From positions 1-59,715 of IMG/VR virus record IMGVR_UViG_3300033067_002245: a stretch of DNA of 59,715 nt; one strand, 5' to 3'. Below the pieces are notes generated by a model that ran no database searches, was not told the DNA's origin, and was given only the letters and a program-made list of their open reading frames with translations. How positions within the stretch are numbered: position 1 is the first letter of the stretch; every line of letters starts with the position of its first letter. The position numbers were made by a program, and so were the translations under genes. This document shows positions 39,071 through 49,677 of the stretch, one piece after another. Origin of the DNA: a virus. Taxonomy: Duplodnaviria; Caudoviricetes.

Positions 39071-42000
39071 TGGAAGAAAATCAAACAGAAGATGGTTTGC
39101 CTATCCTAAAAAAAGGATCTGATGAAACAGAGGCTCTTGATGAGTCTCAAAAAAAAAATCCTTTTCAATCGAGTTCGGAGCCTGGTCCATTAGAATCCGG
39201 ATCAACGGAAAGTCCATCGGATTCCGGAATCCCTTCTATCTCAAAGCCGACTAAGGAAGATAATATCTCCACTGTAAAAGCTGGTCAGATTGATGCATTA
39301 AAAGAAAAGACGTATAATCAATTCCTGAAGAATCCTGTATTTGCTGACAGCAATCCGAACGCTCAGCGGAATCGTGATATATATTTCAACACTTTAAGGA
39401 GTAAAGGTTATTCAAATGCCCAGATAAACGATCTGAAGTTATCTGGCGATAAAGCTATTAAAGCTATTCAGGGTAAACGCCTGGTAGAGGAGAATGCTCC
39501 AAAATTAAATCCTTCATTTGAGCAATATCCTGGTGCAGGCCCTTACAACAAAGGTAAGCCTTTTGACATAGATGCCGCTTATAAGACCGCTGTTGGATTA
39601 ACTGGTATGGGCAAGTATGATCAGGCCATTAATCTGTTTAATGCTACATTAGGTCATTTGACTCCAGATAAACAGGATATGGGTAATAGCGCTCAGCAAG
39701 ATGCTATGGCTGGTAATATAATTACTCAAAAATCAGCTGCGACAAATCCAAGCAATTCATTATATGGTATTGGCTACGCATTGTCTTCTAAAAAGGATTA
39801 TGAGGGCTCTATTGATTATTATAACCAGGCGTTGCAAGCTGATCCAACAAATGTAAATGCTCAGAAAGGGCTTGCTTATTCAAAGGCTCAATTGGGTTTA
39901 AAGGATGAAGCCAAGGCTCACCTAAGCGAAGCTCGTAAAATGGAGCAGGGTAATCGTGCGAATGAAGCGCTTGTTGGTCAGGTGGGGGAGCAAGCTGCTG
40001 ATGAAGCAGAAAAGCAAAGGCAGTCGGATCAAATGAAAACTACTGCTGATGCATTGGAGGCTTTTGTTTTGGGTGACCCTGAAGGGAAGCTTGGTAAGTT
40101 TGGATACTTAAATCCTATTGGCAAGTGGTATTCTGGTATCGTTAAAGGTGAGCGTACCGTTGGGGAAGGGGTAAAAGAAATTGCAAAAGGAGAAATTGTT
40201 TCTGGGGGGCTTACTACGACATTAGGTTTAGCTGAAACAGCGTTTGCGGCCATTCCTGAAGTAAATGCATTTAACGAAGTTGTTGTGGGTATTAAATCGG
40301 CAGCTGAAGTGTTGCCGGAAGAAGAAAAAGAGGTTGTAAATAAGGCGTTGGATTTTCCTTTTCAGGCTGTCTCTGTAGTTGGTAAAGCTATGGGTATTGA
40401 TCCAGAAGAGGGAAGTAATAGCAAAAAAATAATGGAGATCCTTGATATTGTTGCTTCGTTTGGTACCATGAAGTTGATTCATAGCGGTGCTGAAAAAGTT
40501 TCGGGAAAGGTTTCTGATGTGGTTTCAGCAAAGTCTTCTATTCGTGAACTGCAAGATCTGTCTCAAAAGGTTGCTGAAGGGAAAGCTACTCCTCAAGAGA
40601 TAAGTAGTTTGAAGGAGGCTACTTCAGCTATGGAGAATGTCACGCTTGAAAGCATAAAAGAGGAAGCTGCCAAGCGCGACACACCTGAATCGAAGGAAAT
40701 TGTTGAAAAAATTGATGATGTTAAAAAGGAAAATGCTGTATCTCCTAAAATGGATAAGCTTCACCAGGAATTAGCTGACCTGGAAGCTGAGGTGGAGAAG
40801 CCAATGTCTCCTGAAGCGAAAGATATTTTAAATCAAAAGATTGCTGATAAGAAAGGGGAGATTGCTGCTCAGGCTCACGATGAAGTAAATAGTCATATTG
40901 ATGATTCAATGAGCCGGGTGAGTGAGGCTGAAAACGAAGATAGAATTGGTGAACTTGATACTCGCATGGCAGTTCTTAAGGTTGACTTAGAAGCGTCTGA
41001 GAGTGAAGTGGTAAAGTTATCATTAAGCGAACGAATAAAGGATTTGGAGAAACAGAAGGATGTGTATCTTGAGTCGTTCAAATCGGATGAAGGGGATTAT
41101 GGAGATTATCTTGCTGAAAAAAATAAAACTACTGGAGAATATGTATATAAGACCTCTAATGGGCAGTATACAATAAAAAAAGGAACTTATGGATTACAGA
41201 TATTTGATAAGGATGGGAAGGAGCCTTCATATAACACAAAGCTTAAAATTATAAAAGATTACGAGCAAAAGTTTAATTATAATGAAGGCAAAAGGGCTTT
41301 GGATAATATTGAAGGTATATCTGAAGCTGAAGTGGACAAGTGGGTTGCGGATAAGTCAGAGAATCCAGGGGAGATCATTGATGCATATTCCAGGGTTAAA
41401 TCGAACCAGCCTTATATTGAAACTGATCATAAAACTGAAAAGATAGCGGAATCAATTGGTAAGATTAAGAGCCGTGGTTATATAGACATAAGGGGTAGAG
41501 AGCATGTTACTAACAGTAAGGCTCGTTCTTATTTTAATGAAAGGAAAGGTGTTCCTATTGATATATTGGCTCAGGAGATTTCGGGAAAGGCTGGTATGGA
41601 AGTCACCCCAGAAGACATTGCTGATTTTATTGATGAGTTTCCTAATGGGGTAGGTGATTATGAAAAAAGTATACGTAATCCATTATTAATTGATCTAAAA
41701 AATAGGTTTAAACAAATTACTGGTTTAGATTTGAATTCAAGAGTAATTGATTCATATTTGAAGTTTGATGAAAAAGCTAAAGAGTATATTGACAAAAATT
41801 TTGAAAGCTATGAAGAAGCAAGACAAGCCTATATCGACGCAATCGAGCGAGGAGATATCGAATTCCAAGAGCCCTGGAATTCCGAAGGAACTGAAAATGT
41901 TGGCAATGAAGTCAGCAATGGAGGAGGTCAAAAAGAGACGATTGAACAAAGAGCAGTAAAATCTGTAGAGTCATCTGTACCTGGGAAAAAGAGAGATAAA

Positions 42001-45000
42001 TCTTTTATTAATCGTATGGTTAAGGAGTCTTCGGCTCCGGAAGGTGTTAAAGCTGAAATAGAGAAGAATGGACTTGAGTGTTCCGTGTTTAGCAATGAAG
42101 TAGCTCAAAAGATTGCTGATACTATTGTAGAGGATTTTAAGAAGGAGAAAGGTGATCAGTGGCATGATGCTGCTATTAATTTTGCTTCAAGGAAAATAGA
42201 TGGGGTTCCTTTATCTATAAATGCTGGTATTCTGGGGCGTGTAATTGGTGACTTTATTGAAAGAGAAAAAGCTACTAATGTTCCTGAGCAAAAGAAGCTT
42301 TTTGCGAGTCAGGCAGCTGAAGTTGCAATGATAATGGATGAGAATGCTAGGGATTTTGGTCGTTTTGGAAGTATGCTTGCAAAGGTGTATGAAATGACTC
42401 CATTAGGGATAGAGGCTCGTATAAAGAAGCAGATTGAGAGGGCTAATGATAAGAAGTTGGATGAATCGTTTAAGGGAGGAAAAACTAGACGTCAAAAAAT
42501 TAAAGAGGCTTATAGTGAATTTAATAAAGATTCTGATATAGAAAAGGCTATTGCGGAAGGTGTAGAATCGCGCATAGAAGAGATTTATAAAAAACTTCCT
42601 ACAGAAAGGCGTAAAAAGGCGGATAAGGCCATTGCTGCTTTGTCGAATATTCAAAAAAAGATAAAGGCTAATTCATATAGTTCTATCATTCCTCCTGATG
42701 TTATTACTGCCGGTATTGAGGTTATTAAACAATCTATTAAGGCCGGTGTTGAGGTAGCTGATGCGGTGGAGTCTGGCATCAATTATATAAAGAAAAAATA
42801 TCAAGATTGGGATAAGGAGCATTTATTCCGGAAGGATATGCTTGAAGGGTTTAAAGAAGAGGGGGTAGAGGTTGGTGAAAAGTCTAAGGGCGTTGATGCT
42901 CAATTGAAGGTTTTAGATAAAATATTTCCTAAAAAACGTATTGAGAATCCAGCAAAACGCAAGAAATTACATGAGAAGATCGTAGAGGCTTATAATGCTG
43001 GTGCGTTAGACTATGAGAAATTTGAGAAGTTGTTTTATGATAAATTTGGTTTGGCAGATGTTGATAATGGCGTTGTAAAGGAGTTTCTTCAGAAACAGGC
43101 TGAACGTATCCATAATGCTGCCGATGGTGGCTTAAAGGAGCGGGAATATACTGCTATGTTAAATTTCCTGGAAAATCATAAGAAGCAGAATAAGATGGAG
43201 TGGGTTACAACACCATTCTACGCGAATATCTTATCCGGATATGAAACGCATTTAAATAATGCTCAGTTTAACATTTGGTCCACGGTGGCACAAACAGCTT
43301 TGCTTGCTGTTAAGAATCCCATACACGCTCGTTATTTAGCAAATCAAATGTTAAATGCTATTCCTCAAGGATTAAAAGAAGGTGGTAATATTTTAAAGAC
43401 CGGGCTTAAGTTTGGCGAACCAGCAAAGGCAGAGTCTCTTGCAGAGCGGCGCGCGGATAAAGGGGTTGGAATTTCACATTATTATAAATTGCCAGTGCGG
43501 TTACTTCGTGCAGGTGACGCTATTTTTAATACTCCTATTCGGGCTATGAAACGCGCGGAGTTATTGCTTGAGATAGCAAATAACTACAACGAAAGCCTTC
43601 CAAAAGAACAGCGTAAAAGTAAAGCTGAAATACAGGCTGATATCAACGATATTGTATTTAATACTACAGAGCGCAAAGCAGAGGCTTACGACCAGGCAGT
43701 AAAGGATATTCAGAAGCTCGAAGGAAAAGATGTTGATTTAAATGATCCTAAAATTCAAAGGGATATTAAGCTTCGCCAGTTTGAGATTATGGAGAATAGC
43801 CGTCCTGCCGATAAGTATGCTGATTTGAATATTGATAAAGATGCTGTAAACGAAGAGGCAAAAGACTTTGCTAATAGATCATTGTTGCTGGGTAAGCCAG
43901 TTGGTTCGTTGGGAGCTCTTTCCACCGTGTTTCATAACCTATCTGAGGCTTGGCCTATCAGTAAATTTGCTGTCACTACATTCGTGGACGTTCCACTTAA
44001 CTTAGCAAATATGATGATAGATAAGAGCCCATTAGGTTTAGCTCGCATGGCATTGTATGAAGCTCGTGGTAGAAGAGGGGTATTTACTTCTCGTGAGTTT
44101 GCAGATAAGAACAATATTAAACTTGATTTAACTCCTGACCAACGTAAAGAAGCGTGGCTGAGAGCGGCAAATTATACAGCAGCTTTGGTTGGCGTTGCTG
44201 GGTTAGCATATACTACTTATACCGATAAAAATGGAAAGAAGCGTCCAATATTGGATGTTACTGCTGATGGTACTGGAGATTATCGTAAGAATAGAGCTTT
44301 AGAGCAGGCTAATGGTTATAAGGAGTATACAGCTGATTTTATGGGTTATAAATTTAATTATAAGTACAACTCTATTTTGGCATCAATATTAACTCCAATC
44401 GGAGCTGTTAAGGATTACGAAAATTACATTGATAAGAATCCTGCTACAGAAAAAGAGCTTGTTGATAAAGTGGCTTATGGTCTTGTGATGCATATGGCGT
44501 TTACTGGTAATCAAGCCAATTTACAGGGGTGGAGAGATATGTTTGGTACAGCGCCAGGTAAAGCTATTGATGAGGATAATTGGAGTGAAAAGGTAAAGGA
44601 TTGGGGTGCAAAATCTGGGGGGAAAATTCTTCGCAATATGGTTGTCCCTAACTTTGCTATTCAAGCGAATAAAGATGTGAAGGGTTTATTGGATATGGCA
44701 GATAAGAAGCCAACCGAAGCAATGGATTATTTATTAAAGGATGTTCCTTTCGTGGAATCTATGCTTACTAATAAAATTGATCATTTAGGGCGTGATGTTA
44801 AAAGTCAGTTTTATTTACCGGTTGCTTTGGTTCCGGATAAATTAAACATGAGTGGCAACGATCCTATGTATAAGATGTTTGTTGATAAGAAGTATTATCC
44901 TCGGTTTGCTACAGATAAAACAGTTTTTGATGGAAATGATGAGATAACTCTTTCTGATAAGCAAATGAATGAGGTAAATAAAATGAGAGGTAAATATGTG

Positions 45001-45258
45001 CTTGATAAGCTTGAGTCAAAAGATGAGATAAAAGGAAAGACCTACAGGGAGTTATTAGAGTCTCTTAGTGATGAAAAATTTAAAGAGGAAATGAATAGTC
45101 TTTTTAAAGAAGGGGAATTGAAAGCTAAGTCTAAGATTGTTGGGTTGGATGTAGAAAAAAAAATAAAAACTGATTCTAAAGAGAAACAGCATGAGCGCAA
45201 ATTAAAAGGAACGCAGCGGTTAATTGAAATGTTTGAACTTCATAGAAAGAAAGGTTAA
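39070..45258 (+). CDS. Large internal virion/ejection protein with TPR-like segment
   Basis: 2062 aa helical; TPR-like LYGIGYAL....DYEGSIDYYNQALQADPTNVNAQKGLAY. Confidence 0.65.
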   Translation: MEENQTEDGLPILKKGSDETEALDESQKKNPFQSSSEPGPLESGSTESPSDSGIPSISKPTKEDNISTVKAGQIDALKEKTYNQFLKNPVFADSNPNAQRNRDIYFNTLRSKGYSNAQINDLKLSGDKAIKAIQGKRLVEENAPKLNPSFEQYPGAGPYNKGKPFDIDAAYKTAVGLTGMGKYDQAINLFNATLGHLTPDKQDMGNSAQQDAMAGNIITQKSAATNPSNSLYGIGYALSSKKDYEGSIDYYNQALQADPTNVNAQKGLAYSKAQLGLKDEAKAHLSEARKMEQGNRANEALVGQVGEQAADEAEKQRQSDQMKTTADALEAFVLGDPEGKLGKFGYLNPIGKWYSGIVKGERTVGEGVKEIAKGEIVSGGLTTTLGLAETAFAAIPEVNAFNEVVVGIKSAAEVLPEEEKEVVNKALDFPFQAVSVVGKAMGIDPEEGSNSKKIMEILDIVASFGTMKLIHSGAEKVSGKVSDVVSAKSSIRELQDLSQKVAEGKATPQEISSLKEATSAMENVTLESIKEEAAKRDTPESKEIVEKIDDVKKENAVSPKMDKLHQELADLEAEVEKPMSPEAKDILNQKIADKKGEIAAQAHDEVNSHIDDSMSRVSEAENEDRIGELDTRMAVLKVDLEASESEVVKLSLSERIKDLEKQKDVYLESFKSDEGDYGDYLAEKNKTTGEYVYKTSNGQYTIKKGTYGLQIFDKDGKEPSYNTKLKIIKDYEQKFNYNEGKRALDNIEGISEAEVDKWVADKSENPGEIIDAYSRVKSNQPYIETDHKTEKIAESIGKIKSRGYIDIRGREHVTNSKARSYFNERKGVPIDILAQEISGKAGMEVTPEDIADFIDEFPNGVGDYEKSIRNPLLIDLKNRFKQITGLDLNSRVIDSYLKFDEKAKEYIDKNFESYEEARQAYIDAIERGDIEFQEPWNSEGTENVGNEVSNGGGQKETIEQRAVKSVESSVPGKKRDKSFINRMVKESSAPEGVKAEIEKNGLECSVFSNEVAQKIADTIVEDFKKEKGDQWHDAAINFASRKIDGVPLSINAGILGRVIGDFIEREKATNVPEQKKLFASQAAEVAMIMDENARDFGRFGSMLAKVYEMTPLGIEARIKKQIERANDKKLDESFKGGKTRRQKIKEAYSEFNKDSDIEKAIAEGVESRIEEIYKKLPTERRKKADKAIAALSNIQKKIKANSYSSIIPPDVITAGIEVIKQSIKAGVEVADAVESGINYIKKKYQDWDKEHLFRKDMLEGFKEEGVEVGEKSKGVDAQLKVLDKIFPKKRIENPAKRKKLHEKIVEAYNAGALDYEKFEKLFYDKFGLADVDNGVVKEFLQKQAERIHNAADGGLKEREYTAMLNFLENHKKQNKMEWVTTPFYANILSGYETHLNNAQFNIWSTVAQTALLAVKNPIHARYLANQMLNAIPQGLKEGGNILKTGLKFGEPAKAESLAERRADKGVGISHYYKLPVRLLRAGDAIFNTPIRAMKRAELLLEIANNYNESLPKEQRKSKAEIQADINDIVFNTTERKAEAYDQAVKDIQKLEGKDVDLNDPKIQRDIKLRQFEIMENSRPADKYADLNIDKDAVNEEAKDFANRSLLLGKPVGSLGALSTVFHNLSEAWPISKFAVTTFVDVPLNLANMMIDKSPLGLARMALYEARGRRGVFTSREFADKNNIKLDLTPDQRKEAWLRAANYTAALVGVAGLAYTTYTDKNGKKRPILDVTADGTGDYRKNRALEQANGYKEYTADFMGYKFNYKYNSILASILTPIGAVKDYENYIDKNPATEKELVDKVAYGLVMHMAFTGNQANLQGWRDMFGTAPGKAIDEDNWSEKVKDWGAKSGGKILRNMVVPNFAIQANKDVKGLLDMADKKPTEAMDYLLKDVPFVESMLTNKIDHLGRDVKSQFYLPVALVPDKLNMSGNDPMYKMFVDKKYYPRFATDKTVFDGNDEITLSDKQMNEVNKMRGKYVLDKLESKDEIKGKTYRELLESLSDEKFKEEMNSLFKEGELKAKSKIVGLDVEKKIKTDSKEKQHERKLKGTQRLIEMFELHRKKG

Positions 45259-45394
45259 TTATTTAGGAGCTTTGTCTGTATCTATTTGTACATAGATGCA
45301 TGATGTAATAAAAAACCCAATAAATATGGACTCTTCCAGACTATAAAAATGTTTGTGCCCAACTGTTTATAATCATTTCAAATAAATTTTACTC

Positions 45395-45430
45395 TTATTT
45401 AGAATCGTTCTAAATAACATCTTATATTTG
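45395..45430 (+). promoter_or_regulatory. Operator plus -7 promoter, copy 5
   Basis: TTATTTAGAATCGTTCTAAATAA-CATCT-TATATTTG; extra degenerate copy at 45363-45385. Confidence 0.85.
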
Positions 45431-45443
45431 TGTAAATATAAAT

Positions 45444-45923
45444 GTGATGGCAACAAATTATACGAATAACATCTATACCGTCATTTCCGACAAACGATCT
45501 ATCCCTTTTAATAAGCCTTTAACCGGTACAATTAGCACTGTAGGCAATGTTGTCATAGGTGTTGGGACAAAGTTTAGATCCGAGTTGCCAGTGGGATCTT
45601 GGGTTGTTGACTTACCTAACTGGGAGCTAAGAAAGGTTATAACTGTACATGATGATCTTAGAGTTGATTTGGATCATCCATTTACGTCTGATATAGCTGC
45701 ATTGACTGTTGGTCAAGCTATTCATGATGATGAGGCTAAGGTTGTTGAGATTTCTATTGAGGTTACGGCCTCGAATCCTCCAGCCTTAGTAAACAATGTT
45801 TCTTTTACAGGTATTACAACAATGACTAAAACATCTATATCCCGTAGTGGGCAAGGGGATCGTGTTGATCCTATTATTGTAGATGCTTCTGGAACAGAGA
45901 TGAGAGTATTCACTTTACGCTAA
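45444..45923 (+). CDS. Putative tail structural protein
   Basis: TGTIS....VIGVGTKF...L..G motif common in tail proteins. Confidence 0.6.
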   Translation: MMATNYTNNIYTVISDKRSIPFNKPLTGTISTVGNVVIGVGTKFRSELPVGSWVVDLPNWELRKVITVHDDLRVDLDHPFTSDIAALTVGQAIHDDEAKVVEISIEVTASNPPALVNNVSFTGITTMTKTSISRSGQGDRVDPIIVDASGTEMRVFTLR

Positions 45924-45931
45924 TTTAAGAG

Positions 45932-48900
45932 ATGGGATTTGAAGCGAATGGAGTACCTAACAGTGGAATACCCGGTGGAGGCGATTTAGTAGGAACGTTG
46001 GTTGCTGGTCGTATTCCTGTCGCTAATGGGATTAAGAGCTTAACAAGCTCTGATTCTACATATGTTGCTGGGGTGCTCACAATGAGAGCCGCAAGCGGTA
46101 TAGCTAAGCTTACTATTGATGGTTCTGATGTTACTTCTCTTGATGGTGCTACAGTTAATGTACGTACAAGCGCTGGGCACATAAATATCCTTTCGAGTCA
46201 AAGTATATTCTTTTCATCTACGAATATTACAAATAACAGAGTTCCTTTTATTGGGACCTCTGGTCGTTTTGAAACTGGTACAACAACATCAACAGAATTA
46301 GGTTATCTTACTGGTGTAACAAGTCCTATTCAAACACAATTAAACAATAAGGCAACCGGATCTTTTACTGTTGATTATTTCCCAATAGCTACTGGAGCAA
46401 ATACATTGGGTGATTCTGATGCTATATATAAATCGGGAACAAATATTTTTGTTTCAAGGGTTAATTCTCGTTTGCAGGTAGGAGATGCTCTTACTGAGCT
46501 TCGTACTGGTTTTGGCGGTGCTGTTTCTAGTATTGGCACAACGTCTACTACTGCCGTTATGAGCTACACAAGTAGTTTAGGTGCGTTAAGTTTAATTCAA
46601 CTTTCCAGTGGTGCTGTTCTTTTAAACAGTAATGGCATCATAAATATAGATGCTCCAAATACATATCTGCCTCAGTTGACTGCAAGTCGTGCTTTGGTAT
46701 TAGACTCATCTAAACAGATTGTATCGAGTGTTACAACTTCTACTGAGCTTAGTTATGTGAATGGTGTAACAAGTCCTATTCAGGCACAGATAAATGCTAA
46801 GATGGGTGGTTCGTTAACCGCTGGATATATGCCATATGCATCTGCGGCAACTACACTAAGTAATACTGGCTTATTTTATAATGGATCAAATCGTTGGGGA
46901 TTCTTAACAGCTACTCCTGATACCACTGTTCATATTGTTGGGTCATTAAAATTTGTTGATGGAAATCAAGGAACTAACAAAGTCCTTACTTCTGATGCAG
47001 CAGGTGTTGCTACTTGGCAAAATGGATTTATAAACCCAATGACAACATTGGGAGATATTATTTATGGTGGTGCATCCGGAACTCCAACAAGATTGCCTAT
47101 TGGAACCAACGCATATGTTCTTACTGTTAATTCAGGTATTCCTTCATGGCAACCTGCTTCAGGTGGATTTACAAATCCGATGAGCGCTAAGGGAGATGTT
47201 ATTCAGGGTGATACCGGTGGGACTGCGGTTCGTTTAGCTGGTGCAGCTACTGGTAATGCTTTAATATCTGGAGGGGTAGGTTCTTTTAATTCATGGGGTA
47301 AAATAGGATTAACAACTCACATAAGCGGTACACTTGCCGTTGGTAATGGTGGTACTGGCTTAACCAGTGTAGGTACTGGTGAAATATTAGTTGGGTCTTC
47401 CGGAAACTTAGTTGTTTTGCCGGTTGGTTCTAATGGTCAGGTATTAACTCTTTCTGGTGGAACTCCGGTTTGGTCAACACCTTCTTCTGGGTTTGCGAAC
47501 CCAATGACTACTACTGGTGATATTATTCAGTCTACTTCCGGAAGTACTCCAGGCAGATTAGCTGCAGTGGCTACCGGAAATGTATTGATATCTGGTGGTG
47601 TTGCTACGGTAAATTCGTGGGGTAAGGTTGGTTTAACTACCCACGTTTCTGGGATTCTTCCACAAGCTAATGGTGGTACTGGCTCGTCTACGGTTGCAAC
47701 ACAGGGAGCTATTCCTTATCAAGGAGGATCTTCTGCGTATGTGTATGATGATACAAACTTTAATTATGATGCATCGATAAAGACTTTAAATGTCTTTGCT
47801 CAATATATAACTCCTGGACCTGGTATTATAGGTCAAAGGATATTTACAACTACTTCTTATGGTCAACAGATCGTTTCTGGAGGTGGAGGTATTGATATTG
47901 TAAATACGGCTGGATTAACCCCGGCTATTAACATAAATTCATCAACATATAAAGGGATTGTTATACAGTCTGGTGATATGTCGATTGATGCTACATCAGC
48001 TTTACAGGCCGGTGTATTTGCTCAGGTAGGTAATTTACTTACTGGTACAACAACAACTGCCAACGCTTTATCTGTTTATAGAAATTACACTTTAAATGGA
48101 ACTGCAGTAGCAAGTGGGGCTCTGCTAGAATTAAATGACTCTTCTGCAGCTACAGGCAATTTCTTAACAGTTGTTAAGCAAAATGTAACCAAATTGGTTA
48201 TTAAGAGCACTGGTGTATTGCAATATATTGATGGAAATCAAGGAGCAAGCAAAGTTCTTACCTCTGATGGGTCAGGAAATGTAAGCTGGGCTACTGCGAG
48301 TGGTACTACTTACACATTCTCAACTGGTTTAACAAATACTTCCAGTACAATTACCAATAATTTATCTACCGGTGTTTCCGGCGGACAATCGGTAATTGGC
48401 GGTACAGCAGCAAATAATGCTTTAACATTAAGTTCAACAACAAATGCATCCAAAGGTAAAATCTTCTTAGGGACAGCATCTGTTTATAATGAATTTAATG
48501 ATCGTCTAGGAATAGGAACTACAACTCCTGGTTCAAAGGCGGAGATATGGGTTACTAATGGAGGTAGCTGCTTAAGAATTGTAAACTCTGACGCTACTAC
48601 AGCGGCTGGTGGAACAATAGTAGGATGGAGCTGGACTCCTATTACAAATGGTTCCAATACAAATCTTGGGATGTATGAGAATGATGCATCTGCTGGATTT
48701 ACGGGGCGTGTTATTTATCACTCAGGAGGTAATGTTACAATCGGTGCAGGTTCTGGTAATGGTGATGCTAAGCTTCATGTTATTGGAACAATTAAGATAC
48801 AAGATGGATCTCAGGGTAACGGAAAGATTCTTACATCTGATGCTAATGGATTAGCTACATGGTCAACATCTTCTGGTTTTTCTAATCCAATGACTACTAT

Positions 48901-49675
48901 AGGAGATATTATTCAGGCAAATACTGGTGGTACTCCTCAGCGTTTAGCGGGATCTTCTACAGCTGGAACGTTTTTGAGATCTGGTGGGTCATCATCATTA
49001 AATGATTGGTCTACGTTGGTTCTTCCGAATACAGCAGCTACAAACAATATATTGTATGCTACCGGAACAAATGTAATTGGGTCATCTTCTAATTTTACTT
49101 ATTCTCCTTCTGCAGGTTATGTGGCTATGACAAGTGCAGTAAATGATGCTGTGTATTTAAGTGTTCTTAATACTACATCTGGAACATTTGCTGGAGCTAA
49201 ATTATCTGCTTCAAATTCTAGTGGAGCAGCTTTTCAAGTTACAGCTTATAGCTCATCAACAACAGGAAAGTCGAATTCAATAGAGATTGTTGGAACAACT
49301 CCATCGGGTGGGGCTTTTGATATAATAAGTAATAGTTCTTCTCCTTTGAGAATTTTTATGAGTGCTACTGAAGCATTCAGGATTACTTCTACTGGCGTTT
49401 CTCAGACAGGATCAAATCCTTCTTCTGCTCATGATTTGAAGGCAGGGACTTCAAGTATTGCTCCATTAAAGTTTGCTTCAGGAACAAATAAAACAACAGC
49501 AGCCGCGGGAGAGATGGAATATGATGGAACAAATTTATTTTTTACAAGATCCGGTACTACAAGAGAGAATGTATTGACTGGTGTTATTTCTACAGGATCA
49601 TATACGCCAAGCACAACTACGGCAGTGAGAGTGAATATTAATGGAACAAATTATAACCTAGTAACAGCACCATAA
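45932..49675 (+). CDS. Long tail fibre
   Basis: Gly/Ser/Thr-rich with repeats GFxNPMTTxGDII, NGGTG, KVLTSD..G...W, TELxYxxGVTSPIQxQ. Confidence 0.8.
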   Translation: MGFEANGVPNSGIPGGGDLVGTLVAGRIPVANGIKSLTSSDSTYVAGVLTMRAASGIAKLTIDGSDVTSLDGATVNVRTSAGHINILSSQSIFFSSTNITNNRVPFIGTSGRFETGTTTSTELGYLTGVTSPIQTQLNNKATGSFTVDYFPIATGANTLGDSDAIYKSGTNIFVSRVNSRLQVGDALTELRTGFGGAVSSIGTTSTTAVMSYTSSLGALSLIQLSSGAVLLNSNGIINIDAPNTYLPQLTASRALVLDSSKQIVSSVTTSTELSYVNGVTSPIQAQINAKMGGSLTAGYMPYASAATTLSNTGLFYNGSNRWGFLTATPDTTVHIVGSLKFVDGNQGTNKVLTSDAAGVATWQNGFINPMTTLGDIIYGGASGTPTRLPIGTNAYVLTVNSGIPSWQPASGGFTNPMSAKGDVIQGDTGGTAVRLAGAATGNALISGGVGSFNSWGKIGLTTHISGTLAVGNGGTGLTSVGTGEILVGSSGNLVVLPVGSNGQVLTLSGGTPVWSTPSSGFANPMTTTGDIIQSTSGSTPGRLAAVATGNVLISGGVATVNSWGKVGLTTHVSGILPQANGGTGSSTVATQGAIPYQGGSSAYVYDDTNFNYDASIKTLNVFAQYITPGPGIIGQRIFTTTSYGQQIVSGGGGIDIVNTAGLTPAININSSTYKGIVIQSGDMSIDATSALQAGVFAQVGNLLTGTTTTANALSVYRNYTLNGTAVASGALLELNDSSAATGNFLTVVKQNVTKLVIKSTGVLQYIDGNQGASKVLTSDGSGNVSWATASGTTYTFSTGLTNTSSTITNNLSTGVSGGQSVIGGTAANNALTLSSTTNASKGKIFLGTASVYNEFNDRLGIGTTTPGSKAEIWVTNGGSCLRIVNSDATTAAGGTIVGWSWTPITNGSNTNLGMYENDASAGFTGRVIYHSGGNVTIGAGSGNGDAKLHVIGTIKIQDGSQGNGKILTSDANGLATWSTSSGFSNPMTTIGDIIQANTGGTPQRLAGSSTAGTFLRSGGSSSLNDWSTLVLPNTAATNNILYATGTNVIGSSSNFTYSPSAGYVAMTSAVNDAVYLSVLNTTSGTFAGAKLSASNSSGAAFQVTAYSSSTTGKSNSIEIVGTTPSGGAFDIISNSSSPLRIFMSATEAFRITSTGVSQTGSNPSSAHDLKAGTSSIAPLKFASGTNKTTAAAGEMEYDGTNLFFTRSGTTRENVLTGVISTGSYTPSTTTAVRVNINGTNYNLVTAP

Positions 49676-49677
49676 AA

